Shown here: positions 10,558-20,895 of the stretch, piece after piece
Numbering within the stretch: position 1 is the stretch's first letter
Layout: each line of letters begins with the position of its first letter
From: Candidatus Eiseniibacteriota bacterium
GTDB lineage: Bacteria; Eisenbacteria; RBG-16-71-46
Direction of reading: 5' to 3'
DNA length: 64,000 nt
Assembly (NCBI GenBank): GCA_963725865.1
Contig: CAVSAC010000012.1
Location: 32,001-96,000 of the forward strand
Position numbers and translations under genes: made by a program
The notes under the pieces: generated by a model
Databases searched by the model: none
What the model was told of the DNA's origin: nothing
Seen by the model: the letters and a program-made list of their open reading frames with translations, nothing else

Positions 10558-13500
10558 ATGACTCCGGTGGGCCCGGTCCTGTCCGGGCCCTCCATCATGA
10601 CGCTGCGATCCCCTGCCTCACGGACGAAGCCTGGGTCTTCGGCTTCCCCGCCACTCACCGGCGCCTGGAGCGCCCCGGAGGGTGGCGGGCTGCCGCACGG
10701 CCAGACGACCGCCACCCCGCGCGACGGCGCGCGCATCGCCATCGCGCTCACGGTGTTGCTCGGGCTGATCCTGGCCCTGCTCAACGTCGGGCTCTATCAG
10801 AGCGCGCGCCGGCGGCTGGCCGATCAGAAATGGCAGCAGCTGGTGGCGCAGACGGACGATCGCCGCGACGCGGTCCGCGACGCCCTGCACCGCGCCGCGC
10901 GGGTCACCCGATTCGTGGCCGGGGACGCCGCGATCCGCGCGTGGGCGGAGCAGGCCGCGGCCGGTCCACTGAAGCCCGAGGAGCAGGCGCGCTTCACCGA
11001 CCAGCTGGGGCGTGCCGCGCACCTGTTCGACCTGAGCAGCGTCGAGGTCTTCGACGCCGGCGGCCACAGCCTCGGGTCGACCCGCGGTGAGCGCCACCAG
11101 GACACGGAGGCGCTGCGGAACCTGCTGGGGCGCGCGCGCCGGTCCGCGGAGGCCGAGATCACGCAACTGCGCCACGATGGCCAGGCGGCCCCGGTGCTCG
11201 CGGTCGCGGTCCGGGTCGAGCCGCGGAGCGCGCGGAACGCCGCCGCGATCCTGGTCACCGACACGCGCCTCGAGGATGCGATCGAGCCGGCGCTGCACGA
11301 CGGATTCGAAGGCGGCCCCGACGCGGGGAACTATCTGGTGCGCCTCGACGGTGACCGTCTCGTGATGGTGTCATCGCCGCCGAAGGGACTCGCGGCATCC
11401 GTCGGGGACCTGCTTCCCGCCCACGATCCGCGGCTGCGTGCCGGATACCTCGCGGCGAGCGGAACCGAGACGAACATCGAGGTGAATGTCGCGGGCCGCC
11501 AGGTCCACTGGGCGGTGACCCGCTACCTGCCCGAGATGGGCTGGGGGCTGGTGGGTGAGGCCGATCGCCGGACACTGCTCGAGGGGCTGCGCAGCACCCT
11601 CACGGGCCTGCTGGTGTTCGACCTCGCGGTGCTCCTGATCGCGGCCGCGGCGATCTGGTTCTGGCGCCGGCAGTACCTCGGCGGCCTCGCGCGCCGCGAG
11701 ATGGAGATGACGCGGAAGCACGCCGGGCGACTGGCGGCGGTGTTCGACAACGCGTTCGACGCCATCGTCACCCTCGATCGGGACGGCAATCTCGGCAGCG
11801 TGAACACGGCCGCGGTGGCGCTGTTCGGGCGCCCGGCCGCTGAACTTCAGCAGCAGCGCCTGGAGCTCCTGCTGTCTCCCGTGCCTCCGCTGTGCGGGGA
11901 GGATCGGATCCACACGGTCGCGCAGGTGGAGGCGGTCCGCCCCGACGGCTCGCGCGTGCCGGTCGAGGTCTCGATCGGCGTGTCCGGCGAGGGCGAAGAG
12001 CTGCGCTACTCCGCCATCATCCGCGATCTCAGCCAGCGCCTCGAGTCGGAGCGCCGCATCCGCGCGTTTGCGGACGGGCTCGAGATCAGCAATCGCCGGC
12101 TCGAGGAGGCGAACGCCCAGCTCGAGGAGGCGTCACGGCTCAAGAGCGAGTTCCTGGCGAACACCTCGCACGAGCTGCGGACGCCGCTCAACGGGATGAT
12201 CGGATTCCTGCAGCTGGTGCTCGACGGGCTGTGCGACTCGCCCGAGGAGGAGCGGGAATTCCTCAAGCAGGCGCTGCAGTGCTCGCGGCACCTGCTCGGG
12301 CTCATCAACGACGTGCTCGATATCGCGAAGATCGAAGCGGGCCGACTGACCCTGGAGATCGAGCGCATCGACATCGCGGCGCTGCTCGACGAGGTCTACA
12401 CGCTGGCCCACGTGCAGGCCGCGCAGAAGGGACTACGGCTCGAGTTCGTGCCGCCCGAGGATCCGCTGATCGGGGTGCGCGGGGACTTCGGCAAGGTCAA
12501 GCAGATCCTGATCAACCTGGTCGGAAACAGCCTCAAGTTCACGCATTCCGGCAGCATCACCGTGCGAGCCCTGCCGCACGCCGACCTCGGCTACGTGATG
12601 TTCGAAGTCGTTGACACCGGCGTGGGCATCCCGGCGGAGCGCCAGCGGCTGATCTTCGAGAAGTTCACCCAGGGCGACGGGAGCACGACGCGCAAGTACG
12701 GGGGCACCGGACTGGGGCTCGCCATCTCACGGAGCCTCGTCGAGCTGATGGGCGGCATCATCGGCGTCCACAGTCACGGTCCGGGAACCGGGACGCGGAT
12801 GTACTTCTCGCTGCCGGTGTGGCGCAACGAGGCCGACGAATCCAATCCGACCGTCGAGAACGCGCCGCACCACGTGCACGGGCCGGCCGGCGGGGCGCTG
12901 GTGCTGGTCGTCGAGGACGACCCCACCTTCCGGCTCTACCTGGGCTCCCTCCTCCACCAGCACGGCTACCGGACGGTGGACGCGCGCAACGCCGAGATCG
13001 GCTGGCTGCTCGTTCGTCGCCTGCGCCCCTCGGTCGTGGTGCTGGACTACGCGCTGACCTCGGTGGAGGGGGCGCTCATGCGGACCGGCTGGGACCTCGC
13101 CGAGCGGATGACCGCGGATCCCAAGACCCGCCACATCCCGATCGTGTTCGTCACCGGGTTCGACACCGAGCTCAAGCAGAAGTTGCAGGCCAATTCGTTC
13201 GCTCGGAAGCCCCACCACCTGCAGAAGCCCATCGAGGGTTCCGTACTGCTGGCGAAGCTCCACGAGGTGACCCAGGTGTCGGACGGGCGGACAGTGCGCA
13301 TCCTGATGGCCGACGACGATCCCGCGGTCGCCGCCTACGTCCGCAAGGTACTTCCGTCCGAGCGCTTCGAGGTCGAGCTCGCCGCCGACGGGGCGGAGTG
13401 CCTGCACCTGCTGCGGACCCGCGCACACGATTTCGACCTCCTGCTGCTCGACCTCATGATGCCGGAGGTCAGCGGTTACGACGTGCTGCGCGAGATGACG

Positions 13501-13743
13501 CTCGCGGACCTGGCGCCCGACCTTCCCGTCATGGTGCTCACGAACTTCCCGGAGAGCCGCTCCGAGGAGGAGCGACGGCTCCTCCAGGACGGCCTAGTGG
13601 TGGACGTGGTGCCCAAGATCGCCGTCCACGACAATCCGCAACTGCTGACGCAGATCATCGACTGGCACGTTCAACTCGCCCGCGAGCAGTCCGAGCAGGA
13701 TGAGGCCGGCCCAGGCGATCAGATCGATGGGAAGGCCGCATGA
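10558..13743 (+). CDS. Membrane hybrid sensor histidine kinase (2 TM, periplasmic sensor, PAS, HisKA, HATPase, two receiver domains)
   Basis: FLANTSHELRTPLNG H-box, QILINLVGNSLKFT N-box, DTGVGI, GGTGLGL; two REC domains; start uncertain (10552, 10558 or 10597). Confidence 0.93.
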   Translation: MTPVGPVLSGPSIMTLRSPASRTKPGSSASPPLTGAWSAPEGGGLPHGQTTATPRDGARIAIALTVLLGLILALLNVGLYQSARRRLADQKWQQLVAQTDDRRDAVRDALHRAARVTRFVAGDAAIRAWAEQAAAGPLKPEEQARFTDQLGRAAHLFDLSSVEVFDAGGHSLGSTRGERHQDTEALRNLLGRARRSAEAEITQLRHDGQAAPVLAVAVRVEPRSARNAAAILVTDTRLEDAIEPALHDGFEGGPDAGNYLVRLDGDRLVMVSSPPKGLAASVGDLLPAHDPRLRAGYLAASGTETNIEVNVAGRQVHWAVTRYLPEMGWGLVGEADRRTLLEGLRSTLTGLLVFDLAVLLIAAAAIWFWRRQYLGGLARREMEMTRKHAGRLAAVFDNAFDAIVTLDRDGNLGSVNTAAVALFGRPAAELQQQRLELLLSPVPPLCGEDRIHTVAQVEAVRPDGSRVPVEVSIGVSGEGEELRYSAIIRDLSQRLESERRIRAFADGLEISNRRLEEANAQLEEASRLKSEFLANTSHELRTPLNGMIGFLQLVLDGLCDSPEEEREFLKQALQCSRHLLGLINDVLDIAKIEAGRLTLEIERIDIAALLDEVYTLAHVQAAQKGLRLEFVPPEDPLIGVRGDFGKVKQILINLVGNSLKFTHSGSITVRALPHADLGYVMFEVVDTGVGIPAERQRLIFEKFTQGDGSTTRKYGGTGLGLAISRSLVELMGGIIGVHSHGPGTGTRMYFSLPVWRNEADESNPTVENAPHHVHGPAGGALVLVVEDDPTFRLYLGSLLHQHGYRTVDARNAEIGWLLVRRLRPSVVVLDYALTSVEGALMRTGWDLAERMTADPKTRHIPIVFVTGFDTELKQKLQANSFARKPHHLQKPIEGSVLLAKLHEVTQVSDGRTVRILMADDDPAVAAYVRKVLPSERFEVELAADGAECLHLLRTRAHDFDLLLLDLMMPEVSGYDVLREMTLADLAPDLPVMVLTNFPESRSEEERRLLQDGLVVDVVPKIAVHDNPQLLTQIIDWHVQLAREQSEQDEAGPGDQIDGKAA

Positions 13744-14141
13744 CGCACATCCTGGTGGTCGAGGACGACCCGCACAACGCGATCCTGTTCCGAAAGGTCC
13801 TCGAGAAGCGCGGGGGCTTCCGGGTGACCGTCACCGAAGATGGCCCGGAAGTGCTCGCGCTCGTGCGCTCCGGAGACGTCGGGCTCGTGCTGATGGATGT
13901 TTCGCTTGCGCACACCCGGCTGGATGGGCACCCGGCCGGCGGCGTCGAGCTGTGCCGGCGGCTCAAGGAGGACCCGGCCAGTGCCGACGTCCCCGTCGTG
14001 CTGGCGACCGCGCACGCGATGCGCGGCGATGCGGAATCGTTGCTGATCGAGAGCGGTGCGGACGACTACATCGCGAAGCCGATCGTGGATCACGGAGCGT
14101 TCGTCGCGCAGGTGCGCCGCAACCTGCGGGAGGCGGCATGA
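13740..14141 (+). CDS. Single-domain response regulator (DivK/CheY-like)
   Basis: ILVVEDD, LVLMDVSL, TAHAMRGD, YIAKP; ATGA overlap with the kinase. Confidence 0.92.
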   Translation: MTHILVVEDDPHNAILFRKVLEKRGGFRVTVTEDGPEVLALVRSGDVGLVLMDVSLAHTRLDGHPAGGVELCRRLKEDPASADVPVVLATAHAMRGDAESLLIESGADDYIAKPIVDHGAFVAQVRRNLREAA

Positions 14142-14788
14142 AGCCGGTAAGCGAGATCCGGGTGCTGGTGGTCGAGGACGATCCGTTCTTCCAGCGGGTG
14201 CTGCAGCGACGCCTCCAGGTCGAGGGTTACCAGGTCCGGACGGCGTGCGATGGCCGCGAGGGCATGAAGTCGATCGTCGAGTTCGAACCCGATCTCGTGA
14301 TCTCGGACTGGATGATGCCCGAGGTCGACGGTCTCGAGCTGTGCCAGTCGGTCAAGACCGGCCTGCGCGAGGCCGCGCCCTACTTCATCCTGCTGACCGC
14401 GCGCGGCGAGCTGAGCGACCGCCTGCTGGGACTGGAGACGGGCGCCGACGACTACCTGGTGAAGCCCTGCGATCAGACCGAGCTGATGGCGCGCGTCCGC
14501 GCGGGGCTGCGCATCGTCAACCTCACCCAGGAGCTGCGCCACACGGTCGCCGAGCTGCGCGCGGCGCGCGCGGCGCTGGGGCCGCGGTCGAGCCCGGGCG
14601 CTCCCGCCGCGGCCGGGTCGCACCTGCCCACGCTCTCGGTGTGCTCCTTCTGCCATCGCGCGCGCGCCGAGGGGGATCGCTGGCAGGACCTCGACGACTA
14701 CCTCGCGCAGCAGGGGATCGCCGACGTGAGTCATGGGCTGTGCCCCGAGTGCCGGGCTGCGAACTACGATCCCGGCCGGGCCGCCTGA
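14138..14788 (+). CDS. Response regulator with C-terminal Cys-rich tail
   Basis: VLVVEDD, ISDWMMP, GADDYLVKP; tail CSFCH...SHGLCPEC; ATG 14138 overlaps the upstream stop. Confidence 0.9.
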   Translation: MKPVSEIRVLVVEDDPFFQRVLQRRLQVEGYQVRTACDGREGMKSIVEFEPDLVISDWMMPEVDGLELCQSVKTGLREAAPYFILLTARGELSDRLLGLETGADDYLVKPCDQTELMARVRAGLRIVNLTQELRHTVAELRAARAALGPRSSPGAPAAAGSHLPTLSVCSFCHRARAEGDRWQDLDDYLAQQGIADVSHGLCPECRAANYDPGRAA

Positions 14789-15004
14789 GGGGCCGGAGCT
14801 CTTTGCCCGCGATCGCGTGAGCGGTACCCTCGCGCCGCCCGGCGCTCCCGCCCGGTGCTCGCCCACTCCGGAGGACGCGATGGCCCGCTTGGATTCCCTC
14901 GACGCGACTGCGCCCGCCATGCCGTGCCCGCGCCGGGTCGCGGGATCCGCATGCGCCGGCGCCCACCGCTGCGCGCCGGCGCCGCAGCCGAGCCGGGAGG
15001 CGGC

Positions 15005-16024
15005 GTGACGACCGACGCGCGGGTGCTGCTGATCGGCGGCAGCGGCTTCATGGGGACGCGCGCCGCGCGGGCGCTGCAAGCGCTGGGCGCCGACGTCACC
15101 GTCCTCTCGCGCGGCCAGCGCCCGCTGCCCGACGGCGTCACCCCGCTGATCGCCGATCGCCGCGAGCCCGCCGCGTTGGCCGCCGCGCTCGAGGGCCGGC
15201 GCTTCGACTTCACCGTCGACTTCACCGCATTCGACGCGCTCGACATCGAGCGCCTGCTGTTGGTGCCGTACGCCGTGCTGGGTCGCTACGTGATGATCTC
15301 GACCGGGCAGGTCTATCTGGTGTGCGAGGGCGCGCACCCGCCATTCCGCGAAGAGGACAGCGAGCGGCCGCTCGTGCCGGAGCCCCCGGCGGGCACGCCC
15401 GATCACGCGGAATGGAGCTACGGCACCGGCAAGCGTCGCGCCGAGGGCGTGGTCCGCGTGCTGCGCGCATCGCACGGCGTGCGCGCGACCATCCTGCGGC
15501 TGCCGATCGTGCAGGGCGAGCACGACCCGTCGCTGCGACTGTGGGCTTACCTCGAGCGGATGCTCGACGGCGGACCGCTGGTGCTGCCGGACGGCGGGTC
15601 GCGCCCGGTGCGGCACCTGCATGCGGATGACGTGACGCGCGCCGTCGTGCGACTGTTCGAGGGCGCGGCGCCGCGCGAGCGCGTCTACAACCTGAGCCCG
15701 CCCGAGAGCGTCACGCTGCGCGCGCTGCTCGAGCGGGTCGCGGGCCTCGCCGGCGTGACGCCGCGTTTCGTCGAGGCGCCGTGGAGCGCGATCGAGGCCG
15801 CCGGGCTCGATCGGTCGTTCTCGCCGTACGCGGGGCCGTGGTCCTCGGAGCTCGATGCGGCGCGCGCCGCCGGCGAGTGGGGACTGGTCGGCACCCGCAT
15901 CGACGACTACCTGCCGCGGGTGGTGCGCTGGCATCTCGAGAACCGGCCCGCGCGCAGCCATCCCGGCTACGCGCAGCGCGCCCGGGAACGGGAGCTCGCG
16001 GAGCGCGTGGGTGTCGAACGCTGA
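15005..16024 (+). CDS. NAD-dependent epimerase/dehydratase family protein
   Basis: GGAGG RBS then GTG; LLIGGSGFMG Rossmann motif, ISTGQVY, YGTGK (YxxxK). Confidence 0.88.
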   Translation: MTTDARVLLIGGSGFMGTRAARALQALGADVTVLSRGQRPLPDGVTPLIADRREPAALAAALEGRRFDFTVDFTAFDALDIERLLLVPYAVLGRYVMISTGQVYLVCEGAHPPFREEDSERPLVPEPPAGTPDHAEWSYGTGKRRAEGVVRVLRASHGVRATILRLPIVQGEHDPSLRLWAYLERMLDGGPLVLPDGGSRPVRHLHADDVTRAVVRLFEGAAPRERVYNLSPPESVTLRALLERVAGLAGVTPRFVEAPWSAIEAAGLDRSFSPYAGPWSSELDAARAAGEWGLVGTRIDDYLPRVVRWHLENRPARSHPGYAQRARERELAERVGVER

Positions 16025-16062
16025 GGGCGCGGCGCGCGGCCGCGTGCGCCGGTCCAGCCGGC

Positions 16063-16092
16063 TTGACCCGATCGGGAGCCACCGGCTAGACT
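16063..16092 (+). promoter_or_regulatory. Sigma70-type promoter for tRNA-Asn, TTGACC-N18-TAGACT
   Basis: Near-consensus -35 and -10 boxes about 55 nt upstream of the tRNA. Confidence 0.55.
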
Positions 16093-16145
16093 TCGCCGCC
16101 CATTTTGAAACGGGGAGGCCCGTAGCGGGCCGCCCATCGAGCCGT

Positions 16146-16220
16146 TCCTCGGTAGCTCAACGGTAGAGCATCCGGCTGTTAACCGGAGGGTTGTAGGTTC
16201 GAATCCTACCCGAGGAGCCA
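16146..16220 (+). tRNA. tRNA-Asn (GTT)
   Basis: TCCTCGG/CCGAGGA acceptor stem, anticodon arm tccgg-ctGTTaa-ccgga, T-loop GTTCGAATC, encoded CCA. Confidence 0.98.
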
Positions 16221-16229
16221 GTGTCGAGA

Positions 16230-16258
16230 GCCCTCCGGGTCCGCAAGGACCCGGGGGG
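16230..16258. terminator. Hairpin with GCAA tetraloop between convergent tRNA and AlkD-like gene
   Basis: ccctccgggtcc-gcaa-ggacccgggggg. Confidence 0.55.
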
Positions 16259-16263
16259 CGTTC

Positions 16264-16704
16264 TCACGTGCGGACGGCCCTTGGCCGGGGCGCGCCCGCG
16301 GCATGCTCGCCCGGCAATCGCCGCTGCAGCGCGGGCGGCATCTTCTCGACCGCGTAGCGCAGCGCCTCGCGGCGGATGCGCGCGCGGTGCGTGCCGAGGA
16401 ACGCCACCACCGCGTCGGGCGAGGCGCGCCACAGCTCGCGCAGCACCCAGCCCATGCCGAGCTGGACGAAGCGCTCGTCGGTGCGGACGATGCGCGGGCA
16501 CACCGTGAGGATCTCGCGGTCGTGCTGGCCGCGGTGCGCCAGGCTCACGAACGCGACCGCCGCGGCACGCTGGCGCCACGTGGAACGAGCCCGGCTCCAG
16601 CCGACGATCCGCCGGCAGGCCCGCGGATCGGCAGCCACCAGCGGGCGGAGCAGCCGGCCGCTCCGCGAGGGCCGGGCGGGGCGGATGCGCCGGCGCTCGA
16701 CCAC
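16264..16704 (-). pseudogene. C-terminal fragment of DNA alkylation repair (AlkD-like) protein
   Basis: W.RARSTWRQRAAAV, ERFVQLGMGWVLRE, ALRYAVEKMP; no room for the usual N-terminal half before the upstream gene. Confidence 0.6.
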
Positions 16705-16716
16705 GGCTCGGCGTGA

Positions 16717-17781
16717 TCAGGCCCAGCGCCGGAAGAACAGCGCCTGCCTGGCGATCGGTTCCGTGCGGGCGTTGAGCGCCGCCATCTCGACCGCGCTCAG
16801 GGGCACGAATCCCCTGGCGAGCTCCACGTTCTCCTCGAGCTGGGCGACGCTGTCGCAGCCGATGATGACGGTGCTGACGGGCAGCGAGAGCACGTAGTCG
16901 AATGCCTCGCGCATGGTGATCGTGCCCGCCTGCGCCGCAGACTCGCCCGGGCGCGCCGACTCGGGCGCGGGCGGATTCCACGAACGGAGCAGCCGGCCGC
17001 GCGCCGGGATCTTCATCCCGATGATCCCCATGCGCTGCTCGACCGCCATGGGCAGCAATCGCTCCGCGAAGCTCAGGCGGTGGGGATCGGCGGCGTTGAC
17101 CGCCATCAGGAGGGTGTCGAAGCCGAACCGGCGCATCGCCTCCATGAGCGCGTCGGGCTCGGTGTGTCCGGTGATTCCCAGGAATCGGACCAGCTTCTGC
17201 TCGCGGGCCTCCAGCAGCGCCTCCATCGCGCCGCCGCGCGCGAATACCCGCTCGACGTCGTCGCGGCTCCCGAGCCGGTGGAGCTGCCACAGGTCGAGAT
17301 GGTCGGTCTCGAGCAGTCGCAGCGACTCCTCGAGCAGTCGCAGCGAGCCGTCGCGCGTGCGGTCGTGGGTCTTCGACGTGATGAACGCCTCGGGTCGGCG
17401 GCGCTTCATCACCGCGCCGATGTAGCGCTGGCTCCAGCGTTGCTCGCCCCCGTACGCGGCGGCGGAGTCGATGTAGTTCACGCCCAGGTCGAGCGCCCGC
17501 TCGATGATCGGGATCGCCTCCGCTTCGTTCTCGGGGTGCTCGAGCGCCGCCTGACCGCCGAGGCTGAAGATGCCGACCAGGTGCCCGGTGCGACCGAGAT
17601 TCCGCATCGGCATCGCGCGCGCGGCCGGGGTCACGGCGGTCGCGTCGGGGGCGCCGCCGCCGGGCTGCATGGCCCCCGCCGGCAGACCGCCGGCGAGCAG
17701 GCCGGCTCCGGCCGCGGCGCCGATGCGCAGGAACTCGCGACGGTCGAGGTGCTCGTCGGAGCTGGGTGGGTTCGATTCCAT
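16717..17781 (-). CDS. Aldo/keto reductase with Tat signal peptide
   Basis: DRREFLR twin-arginine motif; RNLGRTG, GVNYIDSAAAYG, LETDHLDLWQLH, RFLGITGH. Confidence 0.9.
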   Translation of the reverse strand: MESNPPSSDEHLDRREFLRIGAAAGAGLLAGGLPAGAMQPGGGAPDATAVTPAARAMPMRNLGRTGHLVGIFSLGGQAALEHPENEAEAIPIIERALDLGVNYIDSAAAYGGEQRWSQRYIGAVMKRRRPEAFITSKTHDRTRDGSLRLLEESLRLLETDHLDLWQLHRLGSRDDVERVFARGGAMEALLEAREQKLVRFLGITGHTEPDALMEAMRRFGFDTLLMAVNAADPHRLSFAERLLPMAVEQRMGIIGMKIPARGRLLRSWNPPAPESARPGESAAQAGTITMREAFDYVLSLPVSTVIIGCDSVAQLEENVELARGFVPLSAVEMAALNARTEPIARQALFFRRWA

Positions 17782-17994
17782 GGCGGCGACGCTAGGAGCC
17801 GGACCTCGCATCGTCAAGCGCGGGATGCCCGGCGCCGCGTTCCGCAGGGCGAACGACGCGCCCAGCGCACGACGGGCCTGCTCGACGCGAAAGCTAGCAG
17901 GCGACGGCCCCGCCCGTTATGCTGCCCCGACCCTGATGCGCTCCGGTGCACTCCGGACGCGATCACCGCACCCGCCGACCCGATCGAGGACCGC

Positions 17995-19362
17995 ATGAGC
18001 AACGCCGTCGACACCGCAGGCGCGGACACGCCCACCCCGGAGCCCGAGTCGCTGTCGCTCAAGGAGAACATCAGTATCCTGCTGACCGCCTCGCGCGCGT
18101 TCTGGCTGGTGAACCTGGTGAACTTCGGGGATGGGATCGCCTACTTCGGCGTGCTCAGCCTGCTCACGCTGTTCATCGGCCGGAACGTCGGATTCTCCGA
18201 CCAGGCCACCGGGTTCGCGGTCTCCACGTTCACCGGCGTGGTGACGCTCTTCATGTTCGGCGGGGGGTTCATCTCCGACCGCATCGGCGTGCGTCGCGCG
18301 CTCACGCTCTCGGTCGCCGGGATGCTGATCGGCCGCATCCTCATGGTGCTCAGCCCCGGGATGGGCGCCAGTGCCGCGACGCTGCTGTGGATCAGCCTGC
18401 TGGTGATGGGGATTGCCGAGGGGGTGGTCCAGCCCGCGCTCTACGCCGGCGTGAAGGAGTTCACCGACCCGCGCACCGCCACCATCGGGTACGGCATCCT
18501 GTACGCCATCATGAACCTCGGCATCTGGGCCGAGTCCATGGTGTCGCCCTTCATCCGCACCCACGACCCCAAGACGGGGGTCGGGCTCGGCTGGGGCATC
18601 ACCGGCGTGTTCTGGGTGATGATCGGGATCACCGCTCTCATGCTGGCCGCCAATCTCCTGTTCTTCACCCGCAGGGTCGAGCTGCGCGACCGGCGCGCCG
18701 AACACGCCGCCGCCCAGGCCGCGGACACGCGCACCTTCGCGGAGAAGCTGCGCACGCTGCCGTTCCTCGACCTGCGCTTCATCTTCTTCATCTTCGTGCT
18801 GCTCCCGGTCCGGACGCTGTTCGCGCACCAGTGGCTCACGCTGCCCGACTACGTGATGCGCTGCTTCCCGCTCGCGGTGAACTCGAAGTACGAGTGGCTG
18901 CAGGGCCTCAATCCGCTCGTCATCGTGATCTTCGTCCCGTTGATCGCGGCGCTCACGCGCAAGGTCAACATCATCACCATGATGATCCTGGGCACCACGC
19001 TGTCCGCGGTCACCACATTCATCCTGGTGCCGGGCCCGCATCTGTGGACGCTCATCACCTACCTGGTGCTGTTCTCGCTCGGCGAGGCGATGTGGTCGAG
19101 CCGATTCCTGGAGTACGTGGCGAACCTGGCGCCGTCCGGGCAGGTGGGGGCGTACATGGGGCTGGCGGGGGTGCCGTGGTTCCTCGCCAAGTTCACCACC
19201 GGGTGGTACTCGGGCTCGATGATCGCGCGCTTCATCCCGCAGACCGGGCACCAGGACTCGGGCACCATGTGGCTGGTCTACGGCTGCATCGCGATGCTCT
19301 CGCCGATCGGCCTGCTGCTCGGCAAGCGCTGGGTCCAGCGCGGAGTGAAGCACGGCGCGTAG
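17995..19362 (+). CDS. MFS transporter (peptide/POT-like)
   Basis: About 12 hydrophobic segments; GGFISDRIGVRR motif A, YAIMNLG, LNPLVI, FSLGEAMWS. Confidence 0.88.
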   Translation: MSNAVDTAGADTPTPEPESLSLKENISILLTASRAFWLVNLVNFGDGIAYFGVLSLLTLFIGRNVGFSDQATGFAVSTFTGVVTLFMFGGGFISDRIGVRRALTLSVAGMLIGRILMVLSPGMGASAATLLWISLLVMGIAEGVVQPALYAGVKEFTDPRTATIGYGILYAIMNLGIWAESMVSPFIRTHDPKTGVGLGWGITGVFWVMIGITALMLAANLLFFTRRVELRDRRAEHAAAQAADTRTFAEKLRTLPFLDLRFIFFIFVLLPVRTLFAHQWLTLPDYVMRCFPLAVNSKYEWLQGLNPLVIVIFVPLIAALTRKVNIITMMILGTTLSAVTTFILVPGPHLWTLITYLVLFSLGEAMWSSRFLEYVANLAPSGQVGAYMGLAGVPWFLAKFTTGWYSGSMIARFIPQTGHQDSGTMWLVYGCIAMLSPIGLLLGKRWVQRGVKHGA

Positions 19363-19486
19363 CGGCGCCCAGCACCGCGCTTCGATTCGCAGGGCCGGCA
19401 GCGGGGAGCATTCCCTGCGCTGTGCAATACCCACACGCACAGCTCCGGGCACGCCCCCCGCTGCCGGCCCTGCGCCGAGATACCCG

Positions 19487-19939
19487 CTACTTCGCGGGGG
19501 TGGCGGCCGCCAGCTCGACGCCCTGCGTGGAGAGCACCCACTCGGGCTTCGGACAGGTGTGCCCCTCGGCCGGCTCCTCCTTGACCTTCTGCGGCAGCAC
19601 GGTCACCACGCCCTGCACCACCACCCGGCGGCCCTTGCAGTCCTTCGGGACCAGCACGGACTCGTCGAGGCTGCGGGCGAGGAACGACGCGCCATTCGCG
19701 TCGGCGACTTCGATCCAGCAGCCGCGGCCCTGGCAGACGTCCTTCACCACGCCCTCCAGGCGCACCTTCTTGCCTTTGAACTTCTCGGGCGACTGCGCCA
19801 GCTTCGCGATGTCGACCGGCTTCTTGCTCGTGACCTTGGCGCCGTACCGCTCGACCGGGGTGCCCTCGGCGCGCACGGGAGCGGCGACGAGGGTCAGGGC
19901 GGCGAGCGCGGCCAGCGCGATGGCAGGGAGATTCCGCAT
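19487..19939 (-). CDS. Secreted DUF4920-like OB-fold protein
   Basis: Signal peptide; YGA..., VRLEGVVKDVCQGRGCWI, VPKDC.GRRVVVQG. Confidence 0.75.
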   Translation of the reverse strand: MRNLPAIALAALAALTLVAAPVRAEGTPVERYGAKVTSKKPVDIAKLAQSPEKFKGKKVRLEGVVKDVCQGRGCWIEVADANGASFLARSLDESVLVPKDCKGRRVVVQGVVTVLPQKVKEEPAEGHTCPKPEWVLSTQGVELAAATPAK

Positions 19940-19998
19940 CGGTGCATCCTCTCGTGTGTGGCGCGGGCCGCCGAGCGCGGCCCACGCGGGGGCCAGGA

Positions 19999-20895
19999 CT
20001 ACGTGCCGTGCTGGACGCGGCGCTGCAGGACCTCCCAGCGCGCATCCGTCTCCGCCTGGATGTAGCGGATCTGTTCGTCGGTGAGGTGCCGGAAGCGACC
20101 CTGACGGCGGATGTACGGCTCCACCGGATCGCCGGGGTGGTCCATCGTGAAGCGCCAGTGCTGGCCGTTCTCGACCTCGAGCAATGGGAACACGCGGTTG
20201 AGGACCGCCATGCGCGCCAGGTCGATGGTCTCTTCGTCCGAGGTCTTCCAGCCCGGCGGGCACGGCGAGAGGATGTGCAGGAACTTGGTCCCGCGCACGT
20301 TCTTCGCCTTCGTGACCTTGTCGATCAGGTCGACCGGGTACGCCACCGACGCCGTCGCCGCGTAGGGAATGCGATGCGCCGCGAGGATCGCGAGCATGTC
20401 CTTCTTCGGGTGCGACTTCGGGGTCGCGGCCGGCGTCGTGGTGGTCCACGCGCCCCACGGGGTCGACGACGAGCGCTGGATGCCGGTGTTCATGTACGCC
20501 TCGTTGTCGTAGCAGACGTACAGGATGTCCTCGTTGCGCTCGGCCGCGCCCGAGAGCGCCTGCAGGCCGATGTCGAACGTGCCGCCGTCACCGGCCCACG
20601 CCACCACCGTGGTGTCGGTGTCGCCCTGCATGTCGAGCGCCGCGCGGATGCCGGAGGCCGCGGCGGCGGCGGTCTCGAACGCGGTGTGGAACAGCGGCAC
20701 GCCGAGCGAGGACTGCGGGTACGGGCCGGCCACGATCGTCCAGCAGCACGCCGGCAGCGCGACGATGGTCTTGGGCCCGAGCGCCTTGAGCACCAGGCGC
20801 ATCGAGATGCTGCCGCCGCAGCCGGGGCACGCGAGGTGCCCGGACGACATCAGCTCGCCCGACGGGATCAGGTCTTTGATCGGAGTCTGGCTCAT
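19999..20895 (-). CDS. porB: Pyruvate/2-oxoacid:ferredoxin oxidoreductase beta subunit (TPP-binding)
   Basis: GHLACPGCG, AGDGGTFDIGLQALSG, DNEAYMNTGIQRSS, SPCPPGW; substrate specificity not determinable. Confidence 0.92.
   Translation of the reverse strand: MSQTPIKDLIPSGELMSSGHLACPGCGGSISMRLVLKALGPKTIVALPACCWTIVAGPYPQSSLGVPLFHTAFETAAAAASGIRAALDMQGDTDTTVVAWAGDGGTFDIGLQALSGAAERNEDILYVCYDNEAYMNTGIQRSSSTPWGAWTTTTPAATPKSHPKKDMLAILAAHRIPYAATASVAYPVDLIDKVTKAKNVRGTKFLHILSPCPPGWKTSDEETIDLARMAVLNRVFPLLEVENGQHWRFTMDHPGDPVEPYIRRQGRFRHLTDEQIRYIQAETDARWEVLQRRVQHGT

Noticed and set aside
16146..16220. tRNA-Asn as an integration site
   Set aside because: No integrase nearby and no duplicated tRNA 3' end seen in the window
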